Assembly: GCF_040938485.1 (NCBI RefSeq)
Contig: NW_027270904.1
Span: forward strand, 3,286,001-3,350,000
Source: Diadema antillarum
Lineage: Eukaryota
Length of the DNA stretch: 64,000 nt
Reading direction: 5' to 3'
The translations under genes and the position numbers were made by a program. Each line of letters begins with the position of its first letter. Within the stretch, counting starts at the first letter, position 1. Of the stretch, positions 13,100-27,900 are shown piece by piece. Under the pieces are notes generated by a model. It was not told the origin of the DNA. It was given only the letters and a program-made list of their open reading frames with translations, and did not search any database.

Positions 13100-15398
13100 C
13101 TGATCTCTATGTTAGTACACACACAGCTGAAGAATCTTGACTGTAGTCGACCATTATCGACAAGCATATGCTTTGACACACACGTTCGCTGACACGCGGC
13201 TGTACGGGTACTATAAATGGCAGTCTGTTTACCCGGTGGCCAGCAAATGAAGACTGATTCAATCAGACCAACCATGTTTCCCCAAGCTACCTGGCCATTC
13301 ATTCTCTCTTGGCAGCAGCATGGAAGCCACAGGGGTCTCTTGTGAATCTACAAGACAAATGTAGCACCTATGCAAATGGAACAAAACCTCAAAATACAAC
13401 ACACACTGTTATCTTCCCCTATACAACATAAACACTCCCACTTTCTTCAATATCACCCATAAATAATTCTGCATCAGAGTCAAATCATTTCATGATATCA
13501 GCTTGCCTGAAAAGGACACTGGAATGCAACGGCCATAGCTAGGACCACAATGCATGGTTTGAAGACAAGCGAACTATGGTCCCAAGGAGGGCTTATAATC
13601 TTTATGTCCCCTGAATATGGTCAACCAATATCATCACTGTAATAAATAATCATATGTTGAATATCAACTTCACTTTTCAGAATTATATTTCATTTTGAAG
13701 TGTAGCATTGAACTGCTGGTAATTCCAAAATAACCAAAGAATGTATGGTAAAATACACACATGAAAGCATCGCTGCATTTTACATGCAAACTGTATAAAC
13801 AATGGCATAAACAAATCATGTCCTGCTACTTTTGTGCAGTACAATATCGGGGGGGGGGGGGGGGAGTACTCTTGAAAAAAAAGAAAAAGGGATAATATGA
13901 TTTGATGGATAATCTTCAAAACTGGAGAAAAGTGTTGGTCTGTGCAAAATATGTGCTAGTGTTTTCATGCTGGATGCCACAGTGACATCCTATTCGCATA
14001 TATTACTGCAGCTTGTGCAGTTATGTTGTGGGAAAAAAATGGAGAATTAAACATCTCTTTAGTGCTGCTACTCAAGTAGGATGTGGTAGATGACCTGTAG
14101 GTCTGTGCCAGTAGAGACTCCACATACATGTAGGACATCTTTCTTTTGAATACTGGTCCCAAAACACATCAAATGCCTCTAGATAATTTTGGATATAGGA
14201 GAGCAGTTGTGGTGACAGCATTATGTGTGCACCATACTCTGCTCCGGTCATTTGCCCACTTGCCCGCATAATGGTAGGGCATGTCAAAAGAGACATTTGC
14301 CTGCCCAGAGTGGCCCCTGCTCGAATGCTGATTGGAGATTTTGATCATTATCATCTCTTTCCTCGCAATATATGCACAGCACTGATGATAAGCTAATTCG
14401 TCATGGCATTACCACACATTTATTGGCCTGATGAGGAGTTGATAATCAGGAATTCATCTTATCTATTAGAGGTCACTTTTCTGGTGTGGATGATTAAATT
14501 CATACCAAGCATTTTTTTGACAGGTTTCTACGAGGTTTTGCACTCACAACGAATGTCTACATGCCTGGGTGGTATCAAATGTGTTCACTGGCCCACAGGA
14601 GCAAAACACTGAATGAAATCATATACAAATTTGTATTCTTACACCTTATTGAATTCCTTCTCTAGCTTAATGGGGAAACTATAGGATATATTCACTCCTA
14701 CAATGGGTATGACCTTTTTTTGGAGATGTATTTTCACTACTTCTTGCAAAAAGCTAACAATATTTTTGTTGATTTTATTAATACTCTTAACTGAGGAGTT
14801 CATCACGTTTGACCAAAGAGTAAGGTCTGCAACTTTTTTAGTATGAGACTACAATAGATCTACAACAATGACTGTCAACCATTACGAAGATGGGTACTGT
14901 TATTACATGTGCATTCGTAGGTACCATGTTACTATGGGGCCAACGTTGCTCTGCAATGCAACAAGGGATAGGGGTAAACAGCAACTGGGCTTTGCACTGA
15001 AAAAGTGGTGCTCAGTTTAAGGGAGAAATGTTATTACTGCAAGACCGAGTCGACAAAATTACTTTTAGAGACCAAACAGTTGATGGTGGTATTGAGTCAA
15101 AGTGAAGTCCTATCAAACACCCTTAACAAGGTATCACTCAACTTGATAACTAATACATTGTACAAATATTACTGTTTCCAATATAGCAGGGCTCGACAGC
15201 GGTGGTGGCCAGGGGCCACTAAAAATTGTAATGGGCTACCAAATTTCCAAAAAGGCTATCTTTCGTTTCATTACCTATTACGTACATAAGCTACATGTAC
15301 TAATAAGCATACCCTAGTTCATTGCAGCACCAAACTAACTTAAATTTGTAACAGTCAATGGTAAATTAATTTGTCACAAATAATTTTCATTTGAATAA

Positions 15399-15399
<1 letters not shown>

Positions 15400-15439
<40 letters not shown>
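15400..15439 (+). repeat. (CA)20 microsatellite
   Basis: Read directly. Confidence 0.95.
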
Positions 15440-15440
<1 letters not shown>

Positions 15441-16159
15441 GGAAAATTTAAAGTGTCATGTCCTTTGCTTAAAGCCTTAAATCTTACATGATGAAGCTTT
15501 CACAAGGGGCGTCTAGTCTTTGGAGACATGAAGTCAATTATTGTCCTGTTTCTAGCTACCTCTTCCACCTCAAGGAACCCAAAAGACGAGGTAACACTAT
15601 CCATCAGGGAGAAATCAGCAACACAAAGGGAAGTTTTTAAATGAAACTTCACTAAATAAGTGCATAAAATGGCTTTGCATTTTTTTTAAAAGACCAATTG
15701 TGACCAAGACGGGACATCACTATATTTGAGCATTCATTTTTTTTTTCATAATTCCCCCAACCCCCAAAATGATATGAATATGATCAGCCATTCCGCTCAT
15801 CCACACATGGTTTACAAAAATGGAAGATTCTTCATTTTCACAGTCCAACATGACTTCTTTCTGATTTTCATTTTTTTTTCTTTTTGTGATTGTTGTACGC
15901 CATGTTATTAATATTGTTTGGCTCCATGCGTCCAATGGCACTCGAGATTCCATTGCAGGACCAGACACAAGTACACCTCCCTCTGAGTGGAGCCAGTTGA
16001 GAATAGATCTGACATCACAAGTCACGATCATCATTCAGCACACATTACAGTCCCCTTTGCAACACATCCAGGGGGCTTCAGTAAAGTTGGGTGGACCAGT
16101 CATTGACCAATTCATCTCCGTCCTCAGACTTCGTGCACAGGTGAGGAGTTACGGCGCTG

Positions 16160-16294
16160 TCATCTCCGCGCTTTGTATTCTTCCGCCAATTTTTCAATCA
16201 ACGTTCGAATCTCCTGCCGCTTCTGGGACACGACCTCCTCAGGGAACCAGTTCATCAGACCTTTCATGGGGATGTGATAGTTCCTGATGGGTTT
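16160..16294 (-). CDS. SENP6: SENP6 terminal coding exon [44 protein letters not shown]
   Basis: Acceptor tttatgtaacag, phase 0, stop TGA at 16160-16162; contains the family-type WF...KR.EI..LI tail. Confidence 0.88.
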   Translation of the reverse strand, partial: KPIRNYHIPMKGLMNWFPEEVVSQKRQEIRTLIEKLAEEYKARR

Positions 16295-18961
16295 CTGTTA
16301 CATAAAACAAAGTAATACAATCAAACATCATTAAATATCTCTGGGTTCATTCTACAAACATCAGGAAGAGGGGAGGGGGTGTATAAGCAATTGTTGATGG
16401 TACATGAACAATTATGTATGAAAGTATCATTGCAAATTTCCTTCGAAGCCTAATAAAAAAAAAGTTTGATATTGCACAAATCAATTCAGATTTAAAAAAA
16501 AAATCAAATGGCCACACTTTTGGAGAGTGATGTTAAAAAACATTCCCAACAAACTATATTTTGCTTTGGTTTCATGCTTCTATGCTGTTGGGAACTATTA
16601 CTTTCAGGTAGAAAAAAGAAAGAAGGATGAAATAAACAGATAGCCTCACATTGATTAAAATATCTCACAAAAATGATCAATAAATGTCTGCTTGTTTATC
16701 GTCATCATTACTATAATTTGCCAAGACTGGGATGGACAGCCCTTTCATCATGAAGAAATATTCATATCACTTCATCAGATATACAAAGTGTACATTTTGT
16801 ATTACCACTTCATCATATATATATTTTGTACTACCAAAAAGAAAATGAAACACATACATTGTACCACATACAAGAAAATACACAATATTCAGAGAAAAAA
16901 ATATCACTTAAGGTGAGTAATACCCCCGCCCCGTGACGACAGTCTTACCCAAGGAATGATCTTTCCTTGATCTTCTGCCATTTAAATGCCGTTACCATGG
17001 CAACGCAGCTTCCGACACGTCCGAAAAATATGTCTTGCACATCTTCCCACCAAGACTATTGTGTGTGCCACATTTCATAAGCTTTTGTCAAAAACTGAGG
17101 AAGTAGTTCAATCCACAATATCTTTCCTTGATCTTCCGCCATTAATATGCCGTTACCATGGCAACGCAGCTTCCGACACGTCCAAAAAATATGTCTTGCA
17201 CATCTTCCCACCAAGACCAATGTGTGTGCCACATTTCATGAGCTTCAGTCAAATACAGAGGAAGTAGTTCAATCCGCAAGATCTTTCCTTGATCTTCTGC
17301 CATTTATATGCCGTTACCATGGCAACACAGCTTCCGACACGTCCGAAAAATACGTCTTCCACATCTTCCCACCAAGATCAAGGTGTGTGCCACATTTCAT
17401 AAGCTTTGGTCAAAAAACTGAGGAAGTAGTTAAATCCGCAAGATCTTTCCTTGATCTTCTGCCATTAATATGCCGTTACCATGGCAACGTACTTTCGGGT
17501 ACTGTCAAAAAATACGTCTTGCACATCTACAACCAAAGGCACACATCTGTACCAAGTTTCATGGAAATTGGGCAAAAACTGAGGAAGTAGTTTGCAACAC
17601 AAAATTTTCCATCATTTTGGCTCATAATATGTGAGCTGTTACCATGGCAACATACTTTTTGTCACTGTCAAGAAATGTGTCATGCTGACCTATATCCTAA
17701 GACAAACATTCAATATGAATTCCATGAGAATTGGAAGAACACTGATGAAGCAGTTTTGCCATGAAGCATTTTGCCCTATATTTTACCAATAACATGCCGT
17801 TACCATGGCAACGCACTTTTTGCCACTGCGGAAATATGTGTCTTGCACATTAACATATTCAGATGAACATCTGTACCTAATTTCATAAAAATTGATCACA
17901 AACTGTGGGAGGAGTTCGCGACGCAAGATTTGTACCCATTTTTGCCCATAATATGCCGTTACCATGGCAACGTACTTTTGGTACTGTCAAAAAAATACGT
18001 CTTGCACATCTACAACCCAAGGCACACATCTGTGCCAAGTTTTATGGGAATCGGTTGAAAACTGAGGAAGTAGTTCGCGACGCAAGATTTGCAACGGACC
18101 AACTGCCCGACCACCCGACCGACCGACCGACCGCCCGACCGCCCGACCGTCCGCTGATTCCTATATACCCCCTTCAAACTTCGTTTGGCGGGGGTATAAT
18201 GAAAACAAAAGAGAGACTCAAAATGGGTGGAGGGCTTTTATATCTACAAGAGAAAATATAATACGGAAATGCAAGGTTTTCAGGCTGATTGAACTAATCA
18301 GTTGCTTTGATCATACTTTGATCATAGCAGTTCCCTTTGTCCATGAACAACAGAGAAAAGCTAAAGTGCTGTCTTCAATCATTTCATTTCAATTTATGTA
18401 CATAAACATACACACACTTGTATCAAACAGATAACAGTGTTTTTCTTCTCCATAGAAAACATTGTTCTGTGTGGTAATGACAAGATATTATGAATAATGT
18501 CAATAGCATGCCATAGCTTAAAGGGATTGTTTAGTTTTGGTTGAGACCTAATTTCAGGTTTCTAACATTTTTTGGTGGGATAATGAGAAACCTCTTATGA
18601 AATATGAAAGAGCATGTAATTCCATGAGGAATTCAACGTTTATTTAATGAAAATTGGTTTTGAAATGGCTGAGATATCCAAAACAGAGCGATTCTAATAA
18701 GTGTGGGACCCACACTTTATTACGATCGCTTTGTTTTACTTTGTTTTTGGATGTTTCAGTCATTTCAAACCCGATTTTCATCAAATAACCTTTGAATTCC
18801 TCTTAAAATGGTATGCTCTGTACTATTTCACAAGTGTTTTCTTGGTATCTTGCAAAAAGTTAAAAGCCCAATTCTCATCTCCACCAATACTGTACCATCC
18901 CTTTAAAATACACAAAGTCTCTCAAGTGTTGCGGAAAAAAACTACACAAGATTTACATACA

Positions 18962-18993
<32 letters not shown>

Positions 18994-21900
18994 AGTGGAG
19001 CACTCTTTCCTATCTCCTGAATATGCAATCAAATATTCACATCTCTCCCACAAAACTACCAGGGCTGGGGCCAGCACCAGACCTCACCTCAAAGAAGGCT
19101 TCCACATACTGGCAGACGTAGAGGCCACAGTCGCTGAAGTTGTTCTGCTGGGGCACCTTTGGGCTGATCCCCTTCGTGTTGTTTGGGTTGAACTCACACT
19201 TGCCTCCCTTCCTAGTCTCCCACTCCACTGTCAGGTAGCTGCACGGAAAACACGGATGGCAGACTAAAAACATTAGGCTTTAGTCTTCATTTAAGAAATT
19301 TTTGAAAACCACCACACGCCTTAAAGCAAATCACACATGGTCAAGCTATCATATCATTTGTCTTGGGGTCTGTTTTCTTTTGTTTTCTTTTGTTTTGTTT
19401 GTTTGTTTTCTGTCCAAGTCTACACTTATGTACTTTAATCAATTATTTTTTGCATACTCATATAAAAGGGAACTTACTTTACAATACCTTTCTGGCTTTA
19501 TTCAAGTTCTCTTTTTTTTTTTTTTTTTTTAATCTATTTTATATTGTATTGTAAAATTCAGTACGGTTGTATTGTTTTATCAGAAAATGAGATGAATAAA
19601 CAAATTGAATTGAATTACATTATATTATACAACAGCCACAAAGTTTCAAGCTATCCAGTTGGTTGACTGCCCATCACATGACATGTAGTTAAAAGTACCA
19701 CTTCACGCTGTTGCTGTTGAGCGTGCAATTTTTGTCTTGTAGGATATTGCATGCTAATGTAACCCACTTCCATATACTCCCATGATAAGGTCATTATCAA
19801 CTTAGTTTTGCACAATTGCATGCCACTAATGTCACAACATATATACTTTTGCAGCACATACTCAATCACTACTTTACTGTCAGCCATTTCAACCAGTTTC
19901 TTTCATGTGAAAGATGTTGATCATGGAGGTGAGTTTTATGACGACAGGAAACAAGTTAATCTTTTGTCTCACTAAAAAACGTAGTAAGGTGTACGACGTT
20001 TCACTTGTTACTGCTGAGCTTCGTCAGGTACAATGAGACACAGCGGTGTGTGCGCGCAGGTTATAGCCTCTTCTTCGTGTGACAAAGGATTAACTTGTTT
20101 CCTATCGTCTTATAATTTCTTTCATGTACGACTGTGCCACAATAATTTACAACCATTCCCTTTTCATGAAAAATTGATGCCAAGCAACCAAATTTCCAAC
20201 AAGGTTATATTTTGGTGGCCCAATCAAGAAAGTAAGATACAAGCTGGATTGTAATGTTTCTTTTTATTTTGGGCCAGCACATCTGTTTTTCAGGCCACCA
20301 GAAAGTTAATGTTGAGCACTGTGTAACTAGTCTCTCATCTACTCTCTCATAACATGATATATGGAACAATTAAGGAATACTGTAAATATTTTATACTGCC
20401 TCACACCCTTTGGAGAAGATATAGAGGCATGAAAAATCAGTTGGTACAGCAAGAAATTATCAGTGGATAATGACCTAAGTAATGTAGATTATGAAAAGCC
20501 CTTCTTTACGCAACACCCATGTGGCACTGATTAAAGTCACAGAGAATGTAAAATGAAACAAATGCTTTGTCTATACTCACTCTCGTAGCTTGGCAATGAC
20601 GTTTCTCCTTGGCGGTCCCATTAGAGAGTCGAATATGAGAATGGCAGGTCTGGACAGGGATACAGGATGAAATGAGGTAAATCTAACAAGGTGCATCCTT
20701 ACAATTTGGCAAGGGAAACTCACAAGAAAGCAATGTGTCTTGCATTGTTCCTACTCTACATAGCTGTGAGGTGAGTGAAATTATTTTACCAATGCATGTG
20801 TGAATGTAAACACACCAGGGGACTTTGGGATGAAACTTTTTACCTGAGAAAACTAAAGGTTACTTTTGTCTTCAGATTAATGGAAGAATCCCGCTAACCT
20901 GAGTTTTCAGATTTTACAAGGGTTTTTTTTGTGTGTGTGTGTGTGTGGAAAGTTCCATACAACTGGCCCAAGGAGAACACTACACAGTAGATTGCTACCA
21001 GTATGGTTACTAGCGGCTAATGAATGCAAAAGTGTTTAAATCATTCACTACAAGTTACTGCCAGTTAGACCAAACTTGCCAGGCTAAAGCAAAAATACTG
21101 CTATAGTGATTACAGAATCCAACCAACTCTTCAAGGAATTCTTGTTGGGCAGTACTGATTCACTTACTGTATACGCCAAATATTTCGTGAGGTTTTTATT
21201 TTCGCGAATTTCGCGAATCAGGTGCTATTTGCGAAATTAAAGACGTGCAAAAAGAATGACTATGATCCCGATAAGAATGCGATGCACAGGTATACATTTC
21301 TCCGTTCAGTACAGTACTCCACGACTGCGAATTTAACCACTCACGAAATTGTCGGGAAGTCCCGGTTCATGAAACTTTAGACTCGTTATTCATATCCAAA
21401 TCATGCCTCAATTGTTCAGCTTTGGGAAAAACAAGAAAGGCATTTGCAGAGATCTACAGATTTGATACCACAAAAACTAAACTGCGGCTAATACTTGCAT
21501 TACACAAAGCTATGTAAGGTTGTTGTTCTGACAAGGTTAGTGCATTATCATACCAACACAACTCACTGTTCAAAGTGTTTCTGGGGGCAATGGTACTGCT
21601 GGTATTCCAAATCTTCTGATGTTCTCTGCGTCGTCAGCAGCCCATTAGGCTTGACTGGCCAGGCTGCGCTTCGTGTGGACACAGAGGGCGCTTTGCTTGA
21701 CGTATCAAGCTGACTGGTTGACGATATTGCACAATTTTGGGCAGCCTGTAAACGGTTTGAAAACAGAAGAGGGGTACATTGGTCTGTCATATGCTAAGTA
21801 AGTCTGCATTGGACAAGGAGACTCAAAAGACACTCAGCCTTTTCTAAAGATAGTAGACAATCAACAAGAGGTTACTGAAGTTCAGAAAATGGGGTTAAGG

Positions 21901-24900
21901 GGGTAAACAGCAATCTTTTTTTTTTTTTTTTTCAAAAGTGTACCAGGGAATATGAAATTCGTCTTCTTCCCAGTTTTGGGGGCAATATCCTATACAAAAC
22001 AGTCTTCATCATGATACTATGCTTTAAAACCAATGTTCAAATTGAGCATGCTTCTTGATACAAAATCTAAGATTTAAATAAAAATGACATACAAATAGAA
22101 GTCAAGAATTGGTCTGTCAAGGTCAATGCAGGACAATTTGAAGTCTGCCTGTCATCATCATGTGTCGTTTAGCAAAAAAAAAAAAAAAAAAAAAAAGATG
22201 CTGAAAACTGCTTGTCCAACAGTGGCAAGCAAATAGAACAAAATGGAGTCAAAGGGGGCCTGGGGCTTTCGATCCAAGCAGAAGTTGCATGAAAACATAA
22301 GAAAATTACACTTATCTTGCATAAGAACTTCCACATATCTTAAGTCCAATTTTAATGAAATTGTCACCATTCTTGCATCGTAACTTATCAGCTTATTCAT
22401 AGGAGCTGTTGTTGCTCAGTGGATTAGACAATGAACTATCAATCTCTACGTCCCTGATTCAAGTTTCTTGGCTGCAGTGGTCGTGTCGTTGGGCAAGACA
22501 TTTTATGTTCATTGCGTAAGCTTTCGGAGGGGACTAAAAGCTGTCAGTCCTGGGGTTGTTTGCTAATAAGCACTCAGTGCTTCCATAGCGGTAAAACAGA
22601 TCAATCTAATCAAATTCAACTTGACACCACATTTCAACTTTCTAAAGACTTCACATAAATATGGACATGCTGTATACAGGAAGCAAACACACATTGATAT
22701 GATGAAAATCAGATTAAATCACTAAAGAAATCATCAAGGCCTATACATAGTCACTAGCTGGACTGTCCTCTGCACAGAAGTTTCCTGTTTGGCTGGCTTA
22801 ACCCATTGAGGATGAGTCCCAAGTATACCCTGGCAAGTGTCTATGGGAAATGTGTGTTATAGCAAAATCAGCCCATCCTCAATGGGTTAAAAAGTTCATC
22901 GAAATTCTGTTTGAAATATTTTTTTAAAAGATAATATAAGGTATTATTAAAAGAGAAAATTGCTATTATGAGCTGATCATTAAAATCTTGAATACCATGG
23001 GCTAGACAGCATCAACACATCTGCTTAATTTGTAGCATGATGTGACCGCATTATACACATCCTCTGTCCTAGATACATGATCTGATATAATTGATACCAT
23101 CCCCGATCAAGCCAGCTAGACTGGACAGTATCTATTCATCTGTATGCAAATAAAGTCAAGAAAACAACCAATAGACACCAGCCAGGCCACTTGCCACTGG
23201 GATGCTCTTGTCTATCATGCCTACTTGCAGAAACACACATTGAATATTTTTCTTTCATAACAGTGACACATGTGCCTAATGGTCATTTTAGGATAATCCT
23301 GAATGTGATCTGTTGGTGCCTATATACTCTTAATGTGCCATGGTGTTAACCTTGTGTGCCACATTTTTCTGAGACAGCAATGCATGAGCTCATGTTTTCC
23401 ACAGTCATGCAACTTTTAAAAAATCGTATATGCTACGGATGCAGTGCAGCAAAGTTGCAGAGAAATTTGCAAGCTTTGCTGTATCGTACATAGGTGTGAG
23501 GAATGGAATCGCGAGTGACACGTTTAACCTACCGATAGCAAAACATTGATATGCACACTGTTTTACACACATACCATTAACGGTGTGGATGAAGCTGTTG
23601 GCGTGGATGAAGCTGCGGGCGTGGAGGCAGCTGTAGACGTGGTAACTGATGGCTTTCCTGATGAGTTCTGGCTGTGATTGTGTCCACTTTCACTTTCAGG
23701 TCCATCAGTTTTTGTGTCACTTTCACTGTCCCCACCCTCAAATTTCTGCTCGGGGCTTTCAGAAGTGTCCATTGGCTCCTCCGCGTCTTCCTCCTCTTCC
23801 TCCCCGCCGGCCTTGGGGCAATGCCTGCTCTGACCGGTCAGTTGGGGGTGGACGGTACAGTGCCCCCTGTTTCCATTGTGCAACATGACACGGTCAAGCA
23901 CTGTCGGTGCACTCACTTTATAATCCGGCCCTACAGCCTGCAGTCCGTCCGTGCCGTGATTGGTCACTTCTTTGGCCGCTGATAAGCTTTGCGCACTCGC
24001 TGACGATTTGTTAGATGGAGATGGAGAGGGAGCAGGGGACTGCTGCTGCTGCTGCTGCGGTTTGCTGCCCTTTTGCAGGTGCTGGACTCGACCAGCAAAG
24101 CAAATAATTGCTACAAACCAGTGAGCGCTGGAAATGGAGAAAAAAACAGTGAAATCTATGAAACGATTCCAGATGTCATAACAGAAAGTTGCTGGTGCAT
24201 CACTCATTGCTGATTAGCTAAATGTTGCCCTAGAAAGGACTGAAATGGGCATAAAACTATCAAAGACTGACTACAAACTATGGTAGACTTTGCAGTGGGT
24301 TTTTACACTTCAAGTCATCCGACCCAAGTACTGTAGGTGTAGGACTTGACTACCCATTGATGTATTATCACAATATTGGCTTGGTCCAACTAAAGCTGCA
24401 TGACAACTGCCAGAGAAACATGTGTACAAAACGTCATACTGTAAAACAGGATATTTTCTCAGCATGAAATTTTCGTGAAAATAAAACTAAAATGCACACG
24501 AATATTCCTCATTTTTCAGTATCCTATCATTCATACTTTGTGACTGTTACATAAATTAGCTATTACTGTGAGTTTTGTTTTGTCTTGCATTGTGTACTTC
24601 GTAACCTGTCTATGTCAGTATAGTACATAGTTTTGCGTTATAACATGTTTTGTGTTTATTATATTCATTATAGCTTTTTTACAATACAGGACTCAACAGC
24701 TCAGAGGCCTTTCGCTGTTCCCTGCAGCCTGCAGTACAGTGCTTGTGGAACTCTTCATTCTCTGCACAATTTTTATTTTTTTGAAGTACTGGAAGATAGT
24801 TCAGTCAAACCTGCCTTAGCGGCCACCTGTCTATAGCAGCCACTGAGAAATCCCCCCCCCCCCCCCCCCCCCCCCGAGAGAAAAGCCCTGTTAGAGACAC

Positions 24901-27900
24901 TGTGTATAGCGACCACCTGTTTAACACGGCCAGTGGCCCCAAATTTTGTTTCCCACGGTAGAATTTAACCTGTCTATAGCAGCCACAGACCCGATGGAGC
25001 TGTAGCCAAGCCGGTAATTCAGCGTGTTTTTTTTGCTTTATAGCCATGCCAGTCATTCATGGGCAACGTTCAGTGATCACCACCGCTGCATTCATCACTC
25101 ATTCAATCATAGTTTTAAGCTTTCTTCACAACTAAGCACATGCTACTGTGCAATTATTTCATATTGTTCAATGATGATGATGATGATGATCCACAGCATT
25201 TGTATGGCGCCATATATCTGTCACAGAAACATTCAAAGGCGCATGAAACATACATGCGCATAAGTACACACATACTTGAACATGTATACAACGATGATAC
25301 ATGTACATGTAGGAAATGCACACAGTTGGATAACCTGTCAATAGTGGCCACCTGTCTATAACAGCCACTTTTATCGTCTCCCTTCGAGGCTGCTATAGAC
25401 AGGTTTGATTGTATAAACTTGAAACCTGATGCATGAAAACTCACCAATCATTGATGGGAATGATGATAAAGTCCTTCTCAAAGATGTCGGTATGACGCGT
25501 CCACTTCTTGACCTTCTCGTGCCGCTTCTCCTTGGGCGTCATGCCGTTGAGCTGGGGGGAAATATTGCCGGGTGTGTCCCGCTGCATCAGGCGCTTGTAG
25601 AAGAAGCAGCTGAAGAGGTGGGTTCGTTTGCGGTCGCTGGCGCTGAGCTTTTCCATAACCACATACCTGCACAGACAAAAGGTTAAGCATAGCATGCAGC
25701 TAGTACCCAAATTGAACCGTGATTCAACAGCTTGCTTCAACAGCTTATTGGGCAAAATACGACAACAAATATCGTGGAATGGGGAGGGTCATACAGAATG
25801 TTCTATCAGGGGCCTACTTTATCAATAAGAGTTCAAATTGATTGTAATACTGATTTTGTTTGTAATTCTATGGCAGACTATATAGGAAGGAAGATAAAAT
25901 TATACTCAACTCTTGTAATACTAATACCAGATAATACTAGGCCCTGCTTTACTGCAGGACTTGTAACCTCAAAGTGGTAGCATCTTAAACCATGAGGTCA
26001 GAGCATGCCCTACACCAAGTGCCCACATTTGGAGTACTTATGGTATTACCACATAATCTTTTCACACACCAACAGCGTGTCGCATAAACTCTTCTGATCC
26101 TTCAGTAGAGATCATCAGCAGGCCCTCCGAAGACTTGCAATCTTATTGAGCGACTTCCTGAAATTACATTTCTATTTGTGTCGCAAAATAATCCAACATC
26201 TGAAAAAAACAATCTACTCTTTAAAATGCACTGAACATATAATCACTCTATCATACAGTAATGCCACCTCACTGCCATGCCATGAGATGAAAGGATGTAT
26301 TCAACCCTGGTAAGAGTATTAGTATTACAGGCAGCATTCATGCATTTTACACCTGGTACAGTCTCCACAACTGTTATCACCGACAATGCCATACAGCCAT
26401 ATGTCCCCCAAAAAAAATTACAACGGGACCCTCTGCAATAATAACTTTAAAAATAGTGAATCAATCCAAATACAATTTCAGGGTATGAAACTACAACTCA
26501 TTGCCCACATCTTACAGAAAACCTCATTCGATTTGCTTCAGTGGTCAAAGGGAAATGAGGAATTTTGTAGAGCTTGTCAGGAATCTCTTCCCTCCAAGTT
26601 CTGTCTAATGGTTCATACAATAATATGCAGTTCCAAGAGCATCCAAGTGCTAAACTTGGAAGAATCAGACTCATGACATGCTTTACAATAATCCACATTT
26701 CTCTGTGACCTCTTGACCAAATTGAATGGGGTTTTCTGCAAAATAGAGCTGAGATGTTGTATTCTAAGACCCTGAAGTAGCATTTAGACAGTTTAATCAA
26801 ATTGGGAGTTATAAATGCGAAAATCTGATTGTCATTTTTTGGGGGGACATACTGTAGTACGTACTTGAGGTAGAAATCAATGATGACATCGTTGAGAAAT
26901 TCTCCATCTTGTAGACAAGCTCTGTCTTCCGTTGTCACGGTGATGCCACCAATGGTTGGGGGAGGAGGAAATACAAACAATCGACTGCAAGGAAGATAAA
27001 AACACACAGAGATTACGAAGGTACTGTAAAACAAGGAATGTTCGCGTGCATTCTAATTTCGTGAATTTTGCGAAAGCCAACATACGCGAAATTAAAATGC
27101 ACGTGGAAGTTCCTAACTGCACTATATGCACTGAATGCCAGTGGCAAGTCGCAAAAATTCAATGCCGCCAAAATGGCCGTCAGCTCCAATTCGCCAAAAT
27201 TTTATGCCACGAATAAATTGTGTTTTACAGTATGAAAAAAAGAAACCAACAGTTTTTTTTGTGCATATCTCGTGCAGGTAAAACACATATCATTCATCCT
27301 CCAACATTTATAACTCATGCACTGTGATGTATCAAATAATGACAGAAACAAAGATATCAACACAGAAACTTTGAAACGTACGAAATTACAAGATATATGT
27401 AATTTCAAATGAGTAACTAAATAAACAGTAAACAAAATACTTTTTTTTTCTTTCGAACTATATCAAAGAATGATAAGGTGCATGAACATGTTAATGACAG
27501 TAATGAACAAAGAATTCCTTTATAATTAGGTAATATACTGTAAACGCCGAATATTTCGTGAGGTTTTTATTTTTGCGAATTTCGCAAGTCAGGTGCTATT
27601 CGCGAAATTAACGACAGGCGAAAATATTGACTCTGGTCCTGATGTGAATGTAACGTATGCGTGTATCACTTCTCCGTTCCAGCACAGGACTCCACGATTG
27701 CGAATTTAACCACTCGCGAAACTGTCCGCAGTTCCCGATTCGCGAAATTTTAGACTTGCGAAATATATGGCGTATACAGTAGCTTTTACAGTGTATATCA
27801 AATGAACAACTGAATTGATAAAATAATGAAGACTTAATGTTCTCACTTGTCCAGCTGGTCTTCTGTATTGCCCTTCGATCTCTCTTTGGTCTCTGGCCGG

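Noticed and set aside
16910-18200. CRISPR-like array or repeat-protein ORFs (16986, 17147, 17905)
   Set aside because: The whole 161-bp unit repeats with no unique spacers, there are no cas genes, and the context is eukaryotic. The ORFs are by-products of the tandem repeat.
4686-22560. tRNA genes at 4845 and 22402
   Set aside because: A/B boxes are present but there is no cloverleaf or acceptor stem, and both continue into a shared SINE body.
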